Below, piece after piece: positions 13,160 through 23,406 of a DNA stretch of 37,145 nucleotides; within the stretch, counting starts at the first letter, position 1, and every line of letters begins with the position of its first letter. Below the pieces are notes generated by a model that worked only from the letters and a program-made list of their open reading frames with translations, searched no databases and was not told where the DNA came from. Both the position numbers and the translations under genes were made by a program. The stretch is from Perkinsus chesapeaki ATCC PRA-425 (lineage: Eukaryota; Protista; Perkinsozoa), in assembly GCA_013115145.1 (NCBI GenBank), contig JAAPAO010000350.1, positions 1-37,145 on the forward strand, in the 5' to 3' direction.

Positions 13160-13386
13160 TAATAAACTAACCTCTTTGATGAGCCTGTTCAGATCAGCCT
13201 CCTTCTCCCGAGCTGACTTCTAGAAGAGCTGCCAGCACACAATAATTCAGCACGCATGCGCAACTCCTTACTTCGGGAAAAGGCTAGGCTCACCCTGAGC
13301 CTCAGGGCCTGAGCGCCGCTGCCTTGGGGAACAAGGCAGCCTGTGGTCCTGTCCGTCTCAGCGCCCTTTTTGATTTGGTCTCCCGT
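13160..13386 (-). pseudogene. Truncated copy of the gene at 19139-19797
   Basis: Homologous first two exons (...EKEADLNRLIKE), but the start codon is ACG (13384-13386) instead of ATG, there are internal deletions, and the downstream exons are absent. Confidence 0.7.
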
Positions 13387-14534
13387 GGAGGGTTGTAGAA
13401 TGGAGGAAGAGTCAGTGCGAGCTTGACGGGGTTTTGGCTCGATACCCTAGCGAAAAAACTCAACCAATGAGTCCCTGCCCGAGGCGGTATCGGGATACAA
13501 GCATATGGTCGCCTACATATGTTGACGAGAAAAAGAAATTTCAGGAAATCTTACAAAAGTTTCGTCGATTTTATGTCCCAGGCTGGGAGTCCCAGCAAGA
13601 GAGGGTCTATTTTTTGTATAGAAACCCCGAAGAAAAGGAATATCTATCAGAGGGTTGCCTGAGCCAACTTGCCTCAAGCACCACCGCTAACATTGTTAGC
13701 CTACAACAAAGGAGGATTGGCAGGTATTTCACCACTGAGCTGAGAACGACCAAAACTTTTGGTCCAAAAGTCCGCGGAGTTTTGCTAGGAAACGGTGGGC
13801 TGAAATCTTTGACAATCGCAAGATTAATGATATACATTCATTTAAATTTAATCAATTGCTCCCGTAACAATCATAACTAACACGTGGTAACTTCAGTTTT
13901 GGAAGAAGAAATACAAGGTAAATGTAAGATAGTAACAAATGACGGAAGCGGTAAAACAACTTGTCAGTAGCCCACCTTTTAAAGGTGACCTTTATAAAGG
14001 ATCGATTCAAGTAACAATAACCGACAATAGTATCTAGTCGCCAATCTCACCATAGCAATCTGATAAAGATTGGCAGAAACAGAAATGACGTCTACCGAAA
14101 GGTCGATTATATACTTGTTAACTGCTGCTGAGTATAATTGTCAAAAAGATATCTATCAGCACATTTTACTGTAGATTTTATTGAGTTGTAATTATTAATT
14201 ACTAATTAATTCTGACGCTTAATACTGCCTGGGGGAGTTCCACACGAATCGTCGAGCCTCGCCTGTTGCGTGATCTGAACAGCATCGAATTGAATTTATC
14301 TTTAGTAAGAAGCCAGGGATACATCAGTGACAAAAGACATACATATTTCCACGGATAAAACTCTGACCTTGTCTGAATGGATAGAACGGCAGATAGTTGG
14401 GAGAGCGGACCTCTGACCAAAAGTCCACTAGATTGGTCAGTTGCTGGTGATGTATTTTGGGCACGATTGCTGAGAAGACTAGTGTTAGTTAGCCATAATG
14501 TTGCTGCCAATTGGGATTCCCAAATTGGGAATAG

Positions 14535-14595
14535 GACCGACATGGGCCTCCTTGATGTCATAACTTATGTGAGATCAAGGAGGCCCATGTCGGTC
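14535..14595. repeat. 61-nt hairpin with a perfect 22-bp stem
   Basis: gaccgacatgggcctccttgat (14535-14556) is the exact reverse complement of 14574-14595; the 17-nt loop contains cataa-c-ttatg. Confidence 0.9.
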
Positions 14596-14609
14596 ATATT
14601 GAGCCATAA

Positions 14610-14631
14610 GGAACTAATAGTTCCGAACTAT
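14610..14631. repeat. Perfect inverted-triplication scar of 8-mer GGAACTAT
   Basis: ggaacta-atagttcc-gaactat. Confidence 0.9.
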
Positions 14632-14819
14632 AGGAAGTAACTTCCACAACTCAACATCTGGGTATATTGACATTATAATCCTATCTACTCGACAATCATT
14701 CATTTTTTATTCGGCTGAGTGAAATAACTTCATTGCTAAAAGATTGCCGACAGCGGGCTGATATCGTCGAAGACTACCCTTGAGCAATCAGTAAGAATAA
14801 AAAGAAAATACGCGAAGGG

Positions 14820-14841
14820 CCATGAAGTTCATGGCATGAAC
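14820..14841. repeat. Perfect inverted-triplication scar of 8-mer CCATGAAC
   Basis: ccatgaa-gttcatgg-catgaac; the other arm has a single gctcatgg at 17960-17967. Confidence 0.92.
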
Positions 14842-14845
14842 GGCG

Positions 14846-15682
14846 CTAACCATACAAAGTTCCTTCCGCGATGGTAACGTCCAGATGGAAATCACGGGCC
14901 GTTTCATTATTTAGATTTTCACCGTGATAAAGGAGGGTAACTCGGTTGTACCATCCGTTATCAACTTCCTTAAAGTTTACTGTCATGGCGACATTGAGCT
15001 TGGAGACATTAGTGGGCGATCGACTCCAATCCCAACGCAGTGTGCTTTTATCCATTTTGCTCAGGATAGCCCAACCTTCTTGGCCTACCCATGGGATCCC
15101 GAGGTCGGTAATACCGTTGCCCACTATGTATCCAGTAGCAGTTGCCCGAAACTTCAAGAAACCAGCAGGTCCAGTAGGAAAAGTAGCACCAGTAAAGGTC
15201 TCCATCCCAGCTATGCCAGCGGGGTTAAAGTGCAGCTTGTAGCCATCAGCCTCGAAGAGTAAGTGAGCCCATCCCGTACATGTAACCCTAGCATCTCTGA
15301 GTGTACCGTTATCATACTTCAGAAGTTCGAAGCGAAGATCAAAGGTGCCATACCGACCGGGAAAGTTCGTCTTCAATAGAATGCCAGTTCCATTTACGTT
15401 TTCACCAGCAACGTTATAGATGCATGTTTTCTCCCAGACCACAGGTAACTGTAAGGTGGCAGGCCCACCGTTACACCCTTGAGGGAAATCAGTAGTCACC
15501 GTCGGCTTTCCAGATACTGGGACCAGAAGAGCACCGCAAATAATAAGACAGAAGGCCTTAGAGGACCGGATTAACAGGTTGATTCCCTGAGTAGATAAGG
15601 TGCCACGACTAGCACATTCTCCTGACTCTTGAACAAACCGGGTGCTAGCGGTCTTTGTAGTAGCGCGACTAGCAGGAGGCAT
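14846..15682 (-). CDS. Secreted protein of unknown function, family A copy 2 (278 aa)
   Basis: Intronless ORF, recessed hydrophobic segment AFCLIICGALLVPVSG, N-glycosylation sequons, 37 aa differences from copy 3. Confidence 0.88.
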   Translation of the reverse strand: MPPASRATTKTASTRFVQESGECASRGTLSTQGINLLIRSSKAFCLIICGALLVPVSGKPTVTTDFPQGCNGGPATLQLPVVWEKTCIYNVAGENVNGTGILLKTNFPGRYGTFDLRFELLKYDNGTLRDARVTCTGWAHLLFEADGYKLHFNPAGIAGMETFTGATFPTGPAGFLKFRATATGYIVGNGITDLGIPWVGQEGWAILSKMDKSTLRWDWSRSPTNVSKLNVAMTVNFKEVDNGWYNRVTLLYHGENLNNETARDFHLDVTIAEGTLYG

Positions 15683-16261
15683 GAGAGATCAAAGGTGTTT
15701 AATGATTAAACTTTGATCTGCAGTTTGCGTGAGAGAAGCTCATGATATGAGGTCGTATGGCTAAATCGAGGAAATCTATACGTACGATACGCGAACTATT
15801 ATGACGCATTACCCGTGAGTCATCATGGAGCCTCCGTGCGCCAGGCTGTCTATTCAAGCTTGGCCCGTTCATACCGCAAGTAAGGCTTGAAAGGGTGAAG
15901 TAGATAGAAGAGATGAGTTGGGTTCCCAAGGTCAACTCTTTAATCTCTTTTACCCAATTCGCTTGCCTGGGTATCAACCTTCACCTACTGTGCCCGTCAA
16001 CCTACAAACGGCAGGTCCTTGTTATGGTCGAAGCTCCATCACTGTTGATACCCGGTTAAATGACACCAGTGACTCCTCTCAGAGAAGATACGATAATTTT
16101 GATTCTCTGAATGGTTCCAACATTACAGGAGCTGCTGCTAAGCAAATCTTTGGGTGAAGACCAGACGCTAAACCGTCCTAAAGGTCAAAAGGATGGTACT
16201 CAGTTTGCGAACGATTTCTTATCTGGTCATGATGAATCTCTTACAGAGTTTATGTTGGCTA

Positions 16262-16283
16262 CGTGAGACTCTCACGGTAAGAG
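16262..16283. repeat. Inverted-triplication scar of 8-mer CGTGAGAG
   Basis: cgtgaga-ctctcacg-gtaagag; 1 substitution. Confidence 0.75.
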
Positions 16284-16411
16284 AAGCAGAGTCAAATGTT
16301 TTCTCGTTGGCACGAAGTGGTAAATGGCAAATCCATAGATGATGTTGTTACGGCGATGCAGGAGGAATTTGTTGATATTTTGGAACCTATTTCTCAATTT
16401 ATAAGAATGCC

Positions 16412-16843
16412 ATGTCGGAAACGGCTACTTATCCATCGCCGTTGAGAAGCTTATTTTTGCATAAGTGTGCCAGGGTGACGGCAATATCTGAGTTAGAGGA
16501 TACTAATGTATGTAGGAGCATTCATAATGGGGTGTCAATAAGATTATATCACGATGAGGCGCTTTCGAGTCCATTTTGGCCTCAGTATGGTGGTGCAGTA
16601 AATTCACTTAGAGAAGGGGAAGCACCATTTGTAAGGTGGCCTGGGGCAAAATTTGGACTAATGGAAGATGACAGTATTGATATGGATGAAAGGGAATATA
16701 AACCCCAATATTCTTCCGATTGTTATATGGAAGAAGAAATGGTACCAGCATATGAGAAATTATTGTCTGCTGAACCGGCGATGGACATTAAGGAAATCAT
16801 GGATTCTGAAGCGACTGCCTTGACCAAAGTAACAGTAATGTGA
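16412..16843 (+). pseudogene. Acidic ORF remnant in the palindrome spacer, unidentified
   Basis: 143-codon open frame preceded by protein-like but frameshifted segments (GKSIDDVVTAMQEEFVDILEPISQF); no recognisable domain. Confidence 0.3.
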
Positions 16844-16934
16844 AAAAACAAACATCAATCTGTGCAAGTGTACGACGATAAAGTCTATGAATCGTTATAC
16901 ACCCGCTTGAATAGACAGCGTGGCGCACGGAGCG

Positions 16935-16955
16935 CATGGAGGCTCCATGATGGGC
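16935..16955. repeat. Inverted-triplication scar of 8-mer CATGGAGC
   Basis: catggag-gctccatg-atgggc; 1-nt deletion; a further near-copy cacggagc lies at 16926-16933. Confidence 0.65.
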
Positions 16956-17118
16956 GTCACGGTTAATGCCTCGCAATAGGTCGCGTTGCGCGCATATAAA
17001 TTTTCTCGATTTAGACTATAATGTGAGGCTCAGATGAGCTCATATTTTGAGCTTCTCTCACCAAAACACCGCGCACTTCGTACCCACTGCAGATTAAGAA
17101 CCTTTCTGTTGATCTCTC

Positions 17119-17955
17119 ATGCCTCCTGCTAGTCGCGCTACTACGAAGACCGCTAGCACCCGGTTTGTTCAAGAGTCAGGAGAATGTGCTAGTCGTGGCA
17201 TCTTACCTAATCAGAGAATCAACCTGTTAATCCGGTCCTCTAAGGCCTTCTGTCTTATTATTTGCGGTGCTCTTCTGGTCCCAGTATCTGGAAAGCCGAC
17301 GGTGACTACTGATTTCCCTCAAGGGTGTAACGGTGGGCCTGGCACCTCACAGTTACCTGAGGTCTGGGAGAAAACATGCATCTATAACGTTGCTGGTGAA
17401 AACGTAAATGGAACTGGCATTCTATTGAAGACGAACTTTCCCGGTCGGTATGGCACCTTTGATCTTCGCTTCGAACTTCTGAAGTATGATAACGGTACAC
17501 TCAGAGATGCTAGGGTTACATGTACGGGATGGGCTCGCCTACTCTTCGAGGCTGATGGCTACAAGTTGCACTTTACCCCCGCTGGCATAGCTGGGATGGA
17601 GACGTTTGAGGGTGCTAGTTTTTATGGTGGACCTGATGGTTACTTAAACTTTCAGGCAACTGCTACTGGATACGTAGTGGGCAACGGTATAACCGACCTC
17701 GGGATCCCATGGGTAGGCCAAGAAGGTTGGGCTATCGTGAGCAAAACAAGAAAAAGCATGCTGCGTTGGGGTTGGATACAATCGGTCACTAATGTCTCCA
17801 AGCTCACTATCTCCATGACAGTAAACTTTAATGAAGTTGATAACGGGTGGTACCACGAAGTTAAGCTCCTTTATTATGGTGAAAATTTAAATAATGAAAC
17901 GGCCGGTGGTTTCCATCAGGACGTGACCATCGCGGAAGGGACTTTGTATGGTTAG
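17119..17955 (+). CDS. Secreted protein of unknown function, family A copy 3 (278 aa)
   Basis: Inverted paralog of 14846-15682, intact ORF. Confidence 0.88.
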   Translation: MPPASRATTKTASTRFVQESGECASRGILPNQRINLLIRSSKAFCLIICGALLVPVSGKPTVTTDFPQGCNGGPGTSQLPEVWEKTCIYNVAGENVNGTGILLKTNFPGRYGTFDLRFELLKYDNGTLRDARVTCTGWARLLFEADGYKLHFTPAGIAGMETFEGASFYGGPDGYLNFQATATGYVVGNGITDLGIPWVGQEGWAIVSKTRKSMLRWGWIQSVTNVSKLTISMTVNFNEVDNGWYHEVKLLYYGENLNNETAGGFHQDVTIAEGTLYG

Positions 17956-18051
17956 CGCCGCTCATGGCCCTTCGCGTATTTTATTTTCACTCTTACTAAT
18001 TGTTCAAGACTTTTATGGGACGATATCAGCCCGCTGTCGGCAATCTTGTTG

Positions 18052-18073
18052 CAATGAACTTCATTGGATGAAG
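18052..18073. repeat. Inverted-triplication scar of 8-mer CAATGAAG
   Basis: caatgaa-cttcattg-gatgaag; 1 substitution; the other arm has a single cttcattg at 14728-14735. Confidence 0.88.
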
Positions 18074-18137
18074 TATTTCACTCGGCCGGATAGAATTTGG
18101 AACTATATCAAGATAGTAATCAATCTGGACCAACAAC

Positions 18138-18159
18138 ACTAATCTGGCTAGTCTAGCCA
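18138..18159. repeat. Inverted-triplication scar of 8-mer ACTAGCCA
   Basis: actaatc-tggctagt-ctagcca; 2 transitions in the left copy. Confidence 0.6.
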
Positions 18160-18162
18160 CCT

Positions 18163-18184
18163 GTAGCACCGTGCTACTAGCACG
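18163..18184. repeat. Perfect inverted-triplication scar of 8-mer GTAGCACG
   Basis: gtagcac-cgtgctac-tagcacg. Confidence 0.92.
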
Positions 18185-19138
18185 TAGTATTCACTTTCTA
18201 CTTTGAGAAGTTCTTCTCCGAATCCCTTTAATAATGGTTTTGTTAAGTCAAGGGGAAAATCACAACACAGACATTAACCAACCACTGAGGGCAGCAATTC
18301 GCACTGACATTGTTGCCGAGGCTATGAAAGATCTTTAGCTAAGGGAGTTGATAGCTTCCTGCACCTTCTCCCTTTCTTACACCGTAGAACACAAAAATAG
18401 AATTCTTGTAGGTCGTTGTTAAGATTTTTGTACTCTGGCTTGCCAAGGCCAATCTACTGGGGAATAACATTAATTCTAGCAAGCCACGTCGAGGTAAGAA
18501 CTCCAATGTTGGTCTCCTTAACCGTTTACAAGCGATTGTACGAATAAGCTATGAGAACTAAACGTAGTAGCTTATTAAGATTATACTGATATCTGCCTCC
18601 AAGTGATATCTATCTCTTTGGCGCGACAAATGATATATGTACTAGATATGTACTATATGTACGCCTTTCCCATTCGTATAATCACTCCTGTGTAATGTCT
18701 AACAATTCATTATTCAGTGATACTATTCCGAAGCGGAAAGGTGGAGTCGAGTTGGCTAATTCTAGTACAATATAGGCCATATCATACGGCTTTACTGCTG
18801 TATTGCCAGTGATATCGGCGGATGTATTATACTGCTCTAGTTAATCAGCTATTCGGTATATATTGGTTATAGGTTATAGCTTATAACTTATGCCGTGTAT
18901 GTAACCCCATAGCAGATTGCTGTAAGCAGTCATAGCGTACGCTTGTGTCACGTGTCGTATTCTCGTCTCAAGTAACAGAAGGCGTATCTCCAATATCTTG
19001 CTACCGACTTTGCAACTATGAATTCAACACTCTTCATCAAATGAAATGGACAGGCTGATGACGCCGACGTCCTTATACCAACTTTAAGATTGCCAACTGC
19101 GGCCAAAGCCGACAGTAGCGATTCGAAAAACAGCCTTA

Positions 19139-19797
19139 TCAGTCCTTCAACTCGTTCAACTTTTTTTCTGCCAATTTGGCTTCATACGACATGTCGAGCT
19201 CTTTTGCCTGTAAACGAGAAATGTACTGTCCTGGATCAGCTACTCACATCTTTGATGGCCTTCTCTAACTCGCTCTTAGTATTCCCAGTGCGTAAGCGAC
19301 TGCGTACTTCCTCCGGATTGGGCTTCCCTCCGTCCACACCTGCCCCACGACTAAGATATATTCGAACTAAATTCTTACCTTCAAGCTTAGCTTGAGATTG
19401 CTTCCTAAGAAGGGCTTGGTGCGCTTTAGCCTGAAACAGCAAATCTGCCCGTAATAATAAGTCGCCGCTTTTCATGTGAACTCGACGAAAGAACGCGGTT
19501 AATGATGGGTCTTTAATACAACATTTGCGGCAAATGATTTGCAATAAGCTAACCTCTTTGATGAGCTTGTTCAGATCAGCCTCCTTCTCCCCACCGCCGG
19601 CAATCCTATTAGAGTTCTGCCTAGCGAACTGACTTCCAGACGAGCTGCCAGCACACAATAAACACACACGCATGCACAACCGCTCACTTCGGGAAAAAGC
19701 TAGGCTTGCCCTGCGCACCACTGCCTTGTCGACTGAACCTCGACGCGCTCCCGGCGGTCCTGGCTGTCTCAGCGCCTCTTTTGGTTTGGTCTCCCAT
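19139..19797 (-). CDS. Small five-exon hypothetical protein (about 135 aa)
   Basis: Spliced model MGDQTKRGAETAR...KPSFFPN / SSGSQFARQ...EKEADLNKLIKE / AKAHQALLRKQSQAKLEG / VDGGKPNPEEVRSRLRTGNTKSELEKAIKD / AKELDMSYEAKLAEKKLNELKD* with GT-AG introns in consistent phase. Confidence 0.7.
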
Positions 19798-20289
19798 AAG
19801 GGCTTGGGGAATGGAGAAAGAGTCAGTGCGAGCTTGACGGGGCTTTGGCTCGATACCCTAGCGAAAAAACTCAACCATTGCAATCATCAAACGATGCCTT
19901 CTCTCAGAGCAAAATTATGGAATCCTTGGGATCAGCCGAGACAGTATCGGAATACAGGTACTGGTCGCCTACATACGTTGACGAGCAAAAATTTCAGAAA
20001 ATTTCAGAAAATTCCGGACGATTTCATGTCCCAGCGAAAGAGGGTGTATTTTTCGTATCGAAACCCTGAAGGAAAGGAAAATCTATCAGCCTGATAGATT
20101 TTCACAGATTTTCCTTTTTTAGAAACCTGATAGCTATCAGGCGGGTGCCTCAAGCGCCACCGCTAATAAAGGAGGATTGGCAGGTATTCCAACAATAAGC
20201 TGATAACCACCGCAGAGTTTTGCTAGGAAAAGGTGGGCTGAAATCTTTGACAATCGCAAGATTAATGATATACATTCATTTAAATTTAA

Positions 20290-21433
20290 TCAATTGCTCC
20301 CGTAACAATCATAACTAACACGTGGTAACTTCAGTTTTGGAAGAAGAAATACAAGGTAAATGTAAGATAGTAACAAATGACGGAAGCGGTAAAACAACTT
20401 GTCAGTAGCCCACCTTTTAAAGGTGACCTTTATAAAGGATCGATTCAAGTAACAATAACCGACAATAGTATCTAGTCGCCAATCTCACCATAGCAATCTG
20501 ATAAAGATTGGCCGCAACAGAAATGACGTCTTTCTTGTCTCGGCGAGCCTTGGCGATCTCGGCCTGCTGGTCGCGATACCTGTGGGAAAGTCAACTGCAG
20601 ACGACGGACATCTCGGCTGCCGACTACGTACTTCTGTGTGGCTTTTTCGACATCCTTGGCGAGGGTCTCATTCTCCTTATCAAGCTCTGCATCGGTTTTG
20701 CCTGAAAATGACAAACGCTTGCGTCGAACCCACCACCATTCCCTAGAGAAAAAGCAACCCTAACCTCCACGCCATTCTCACCTTCGGTCTTGCCAGCCTT
20801 CTTCTTAGGCGCCGCTTTCGCCTTCGGAGCTGCCGCGTTCTCTTCTTTTCCCTCCTCAGCAGCCTTCTTCTTCTTCCCACCCTTCTTCTTCTTTCCCTCG
20901 CCTTCAGCCTTCTCCCCCGAAGCATCTTTCTTCGGGCTCGTCGGTGGCTCGCTGTCACCCTTCGGAGCCGTCAGGGGCGTGGAGGAGTGCCTCTTGCCTC
21001 GCCTGTCGCTCACTTCCTTAGCAGGAGTCTCGACCGCCCCCGCCTTGTCGGTTTCACCCTTCACAGGGGTCTCGGCTAGCACTGGATCAGCCGCGGTTTT
21101 GGAACCTTCAGCTGGGGAGGAATCTTTAGCCTGAGGTCGGAGCATGCAAGATACAAAGTGGCTCAGCTTGCAAACCTCTGCATGTTCCCCTCCTTCCTTA
21201 TTTCCCTCCACTTGCTGGTCTTTCGAAGAGACCGCATTCTTCAGTTTAGACATAATGGACGAGAACATCTTATAGCTTAGAAATAACAACCTGCGAACCA
21301 CCGGAGCAGACACCTTCACCGCCTCCGCAAGGAGCCGCATCAGAGTGTTAAGGAGCCTCAGCAGATGTCCCACCACATCGACAACTGTCGCCTTAATCTT
21401 ATCGATCATCACCTCAGCTGCCTCGCCAGACAT
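20290..21433 (-). CDS. Multi-exon Lys/Ala/Glu-rich low-complexity protein with a C-terminal coiled coil
   Basis: MSGEAAEVMIDKIKATVV...KKKGGKKKKAAEEGKEENAAAPKAKAAPKKKAGKTE / GKTDAELDKENETLAKDVEKATQK / YRDQQAEIAKARRDKKDVISVAANLYQIAM; 3' end is 20290 if spliced or 20417 if read through. Confidence 0.7.
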
Positions 21434-21544
21434 TTCAGAATACCAACTGGTATGCGCCGCCAAAGTATCAACGCAACCTCTCGTAAGCGGCACACTCTTG
21501 GTAAAAAATTTCAATTTTTGGGAGGAATTAAGAAAATGCAAGAT

Positions 21545-22870
21545 TCACAAGGTGTCCAAGCTTTGGAGCATCTCGTTCATGACTTTGTCTCTGGACTCCC
21601 CTGCCTTCAATAGAAGTTCCATCAGGACCTTTTCCGTCTCGGCTTTCTCTTTTTTGCATTCATCGAGAGACGCGGCGGCCGCGAGGTAACTGAAGGAGGC
21701 ATTTTAGGGAGTCCGATGAGGAGGTGGCATAAAATATATAAATGTAATGAGGGAGAAGTGGCATATCTCCGCTACTAGGAACACTTTCCACCTTCGCGAA
21801 CACCCGAGATAGAATGAACCATCGCCCTCCCACCGAAACAAAAGCCTCCTACTACTTTTTATTAGCTTCCTCAAGTATAGCCTTCTTCTGATTCGCCTCT
21901 TTCTCCCGTATTGCCAGCTCCCGGCTAAGATGATCCACGCTCCGCTGCATTTGAGATATCCTCGCTGCTTGATCTTGCTCCAACCTATCCAACTTCTCTC
22001 GAACCTACGTGGATGATCTCAAAACAGTCACGCGCCCAAAAACTCAGATGCTGCAAACAAACCCCAAACGCTGATGCAAGCACCAGTTACACCTACCTTT
22101 TTGAGGCGTTGATGCTGGTCCACTAGCTTTCGTTCGTGATCAGATATATGCTCCTGTATGAGCTTTTGCTTTGCCCTCAAGGCGTGGTCGATGGACTGGC
22201 CGGCTTCCTGTAGGGTTAGGGCGCGCGAGAGGGAACCTGAGCAAAATACTTCCAAGTCTAAGGACGTGTTCGTGAAAAAATATTTTTCCGGTCGGAATTT
22301 CACTGCTGGCGACCACAACATTTTAGAGACGAAAAACATGCGCGAATTCGGCAAGTTTTCTGCTCAGTCAGAACAGCAACTTATTCTTCAACTTCCCGAT
22401 CAGTTTCCATGCATCAAATGGCGAGCATTGTCGACTCGAAAATTCCGGAAAGCCAAGTTACTCCGATATTGGAATCAAATTATTCTTAGCGCCTCTGCTG
22501 GTTGAACCCGGATATACCTCCGTTTGCCTCACTTGACGATGTTGTCTCCGCAGCTTCGGCCGACTTATCAACTGTCGGCGGTGATGGAAGAGGAACACCC
22601 TGCATAGAATCGAACCATGGTCGTTTGATTAACGAACAGCACCCATTTCTATTAGACTAATTTTACCTTACAGACCCTGTTAGATTGCCCCCCTCCCGCT
22701 CTCTCAGCCTCCATCGTTGCCGCTACTATTGCATCAACATCAGCAGCTGCCTTGCTGCCGGATACACTTTTCAAATTAATAGAAGATCGCCGAGAATCTT
22801 TTCCGCTCTGGGGAGCACGCTTCGACCTGTCAGACGGATTCGACGGATCGAACCATTGTAGAGAGGACAT
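21545..22870 (-). CDS. Multi-exon coiled-coil hypothetical protein
   Basis: Exons MSSLQWFDPSNPSDRSK..., LTLQEAGQSIDHALRAKQKLIQEHISDHERKLVDQHQRLKK, VREKLDRLEQDQAARISQMQRSVDHLSRELAIREKE, ...KVMNEMLQSLDTL*; GT-AG introns, not all phased. Confidence 0.6.
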
Positions 22871-23406
22871 GACAATAAAAACCGAAACAGTGGTGGACAA
22901 CGCAGTTGACGCTATTCAAGTTCACAGGCTCCCTCCCAGGGAAGACAACCTATCAACGTGCTCATTTTTTGCAGACTATTTCCTTCATTTCTCCTCACCA
23001 AAAACACCTAGCTCACCAACGCTTAGCCCGGTCCACACAGATGCATAGTGCTGATGAGAGGGCCCAAAAATTCTACTACTAAAACTTCCGCAAATCCATT
23101 CCAGCATTTGCCGCGACCAGCAGTTCGAGACGTCATTATTTTCAACGTATTATTTTTCTTCCAATGTCACATGTCACTCTAAAATCTCGCTCGCCCGATG
23201 ATCTTAGAAACGGTCACACTCACTTCGCTGATCCACTCAACATATCTTAAAAGCTTCAAACTCACCACTAATTTTAATACGCAAGATCTCCGTTGGAAGG
23301 TCAATCGTCTTTGGTGGCCACTGCAACCCCCTAGCGCTTCATTTTGGCGGACCTTTCCCGTTTCACAAGTTCGATGAAAAAGTTCGTTTCGTAGAAAAAT
23401 CAAAGT

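Larger units (their letters stand above)
10025..14093 (+). repeat. Tandem segmental duplication unit 1 (Trx 3' flank to 3' end of the gene at 20290-21433)
   Basis: 10025-10102 matches 14096-14173 (about 95%); 13160-13780 is similar to 19545-20215; 13794-14074 is identical to 20232-20512; junction ...aaatgacgtct-ac-cgaaaggtcg at 14085-14105. Confidence 0.85.
14711..18088. repeat. Head-to-head inverted duplication: arms about 14711-15859 and 16905-18088, unique spacer 15860-16904
   Basis: Arms are reverse-complement homologs covering upstream region, CDS and 3' flank of family A copies 2 and 3. Confidence 0.9.
14096..20531 (+). repeat. Tandem segmental duplication unit 2 (contains the inverted duplication)
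   Basis: Same end sequences as unit 1; offset of the identical terminal block is 6438 bp. Confidence 0.85.

Noticed and set aside
13434-13880. 148-aa plus-strand ORF and similar ORFs at 19672-20094 and 19845-20069
   Set aside because: Frame is not conserved between the two duplicated copies; these are antisense or promoter-region shadows of the minus-strand gene.
16571-16585. Relic dinoflagellate-type spliced leader (ccattttggcctcag)
   Set aside because: Only about 10 contiguous matching bases, inside an ORF remnant, and not upstream of a start codon.
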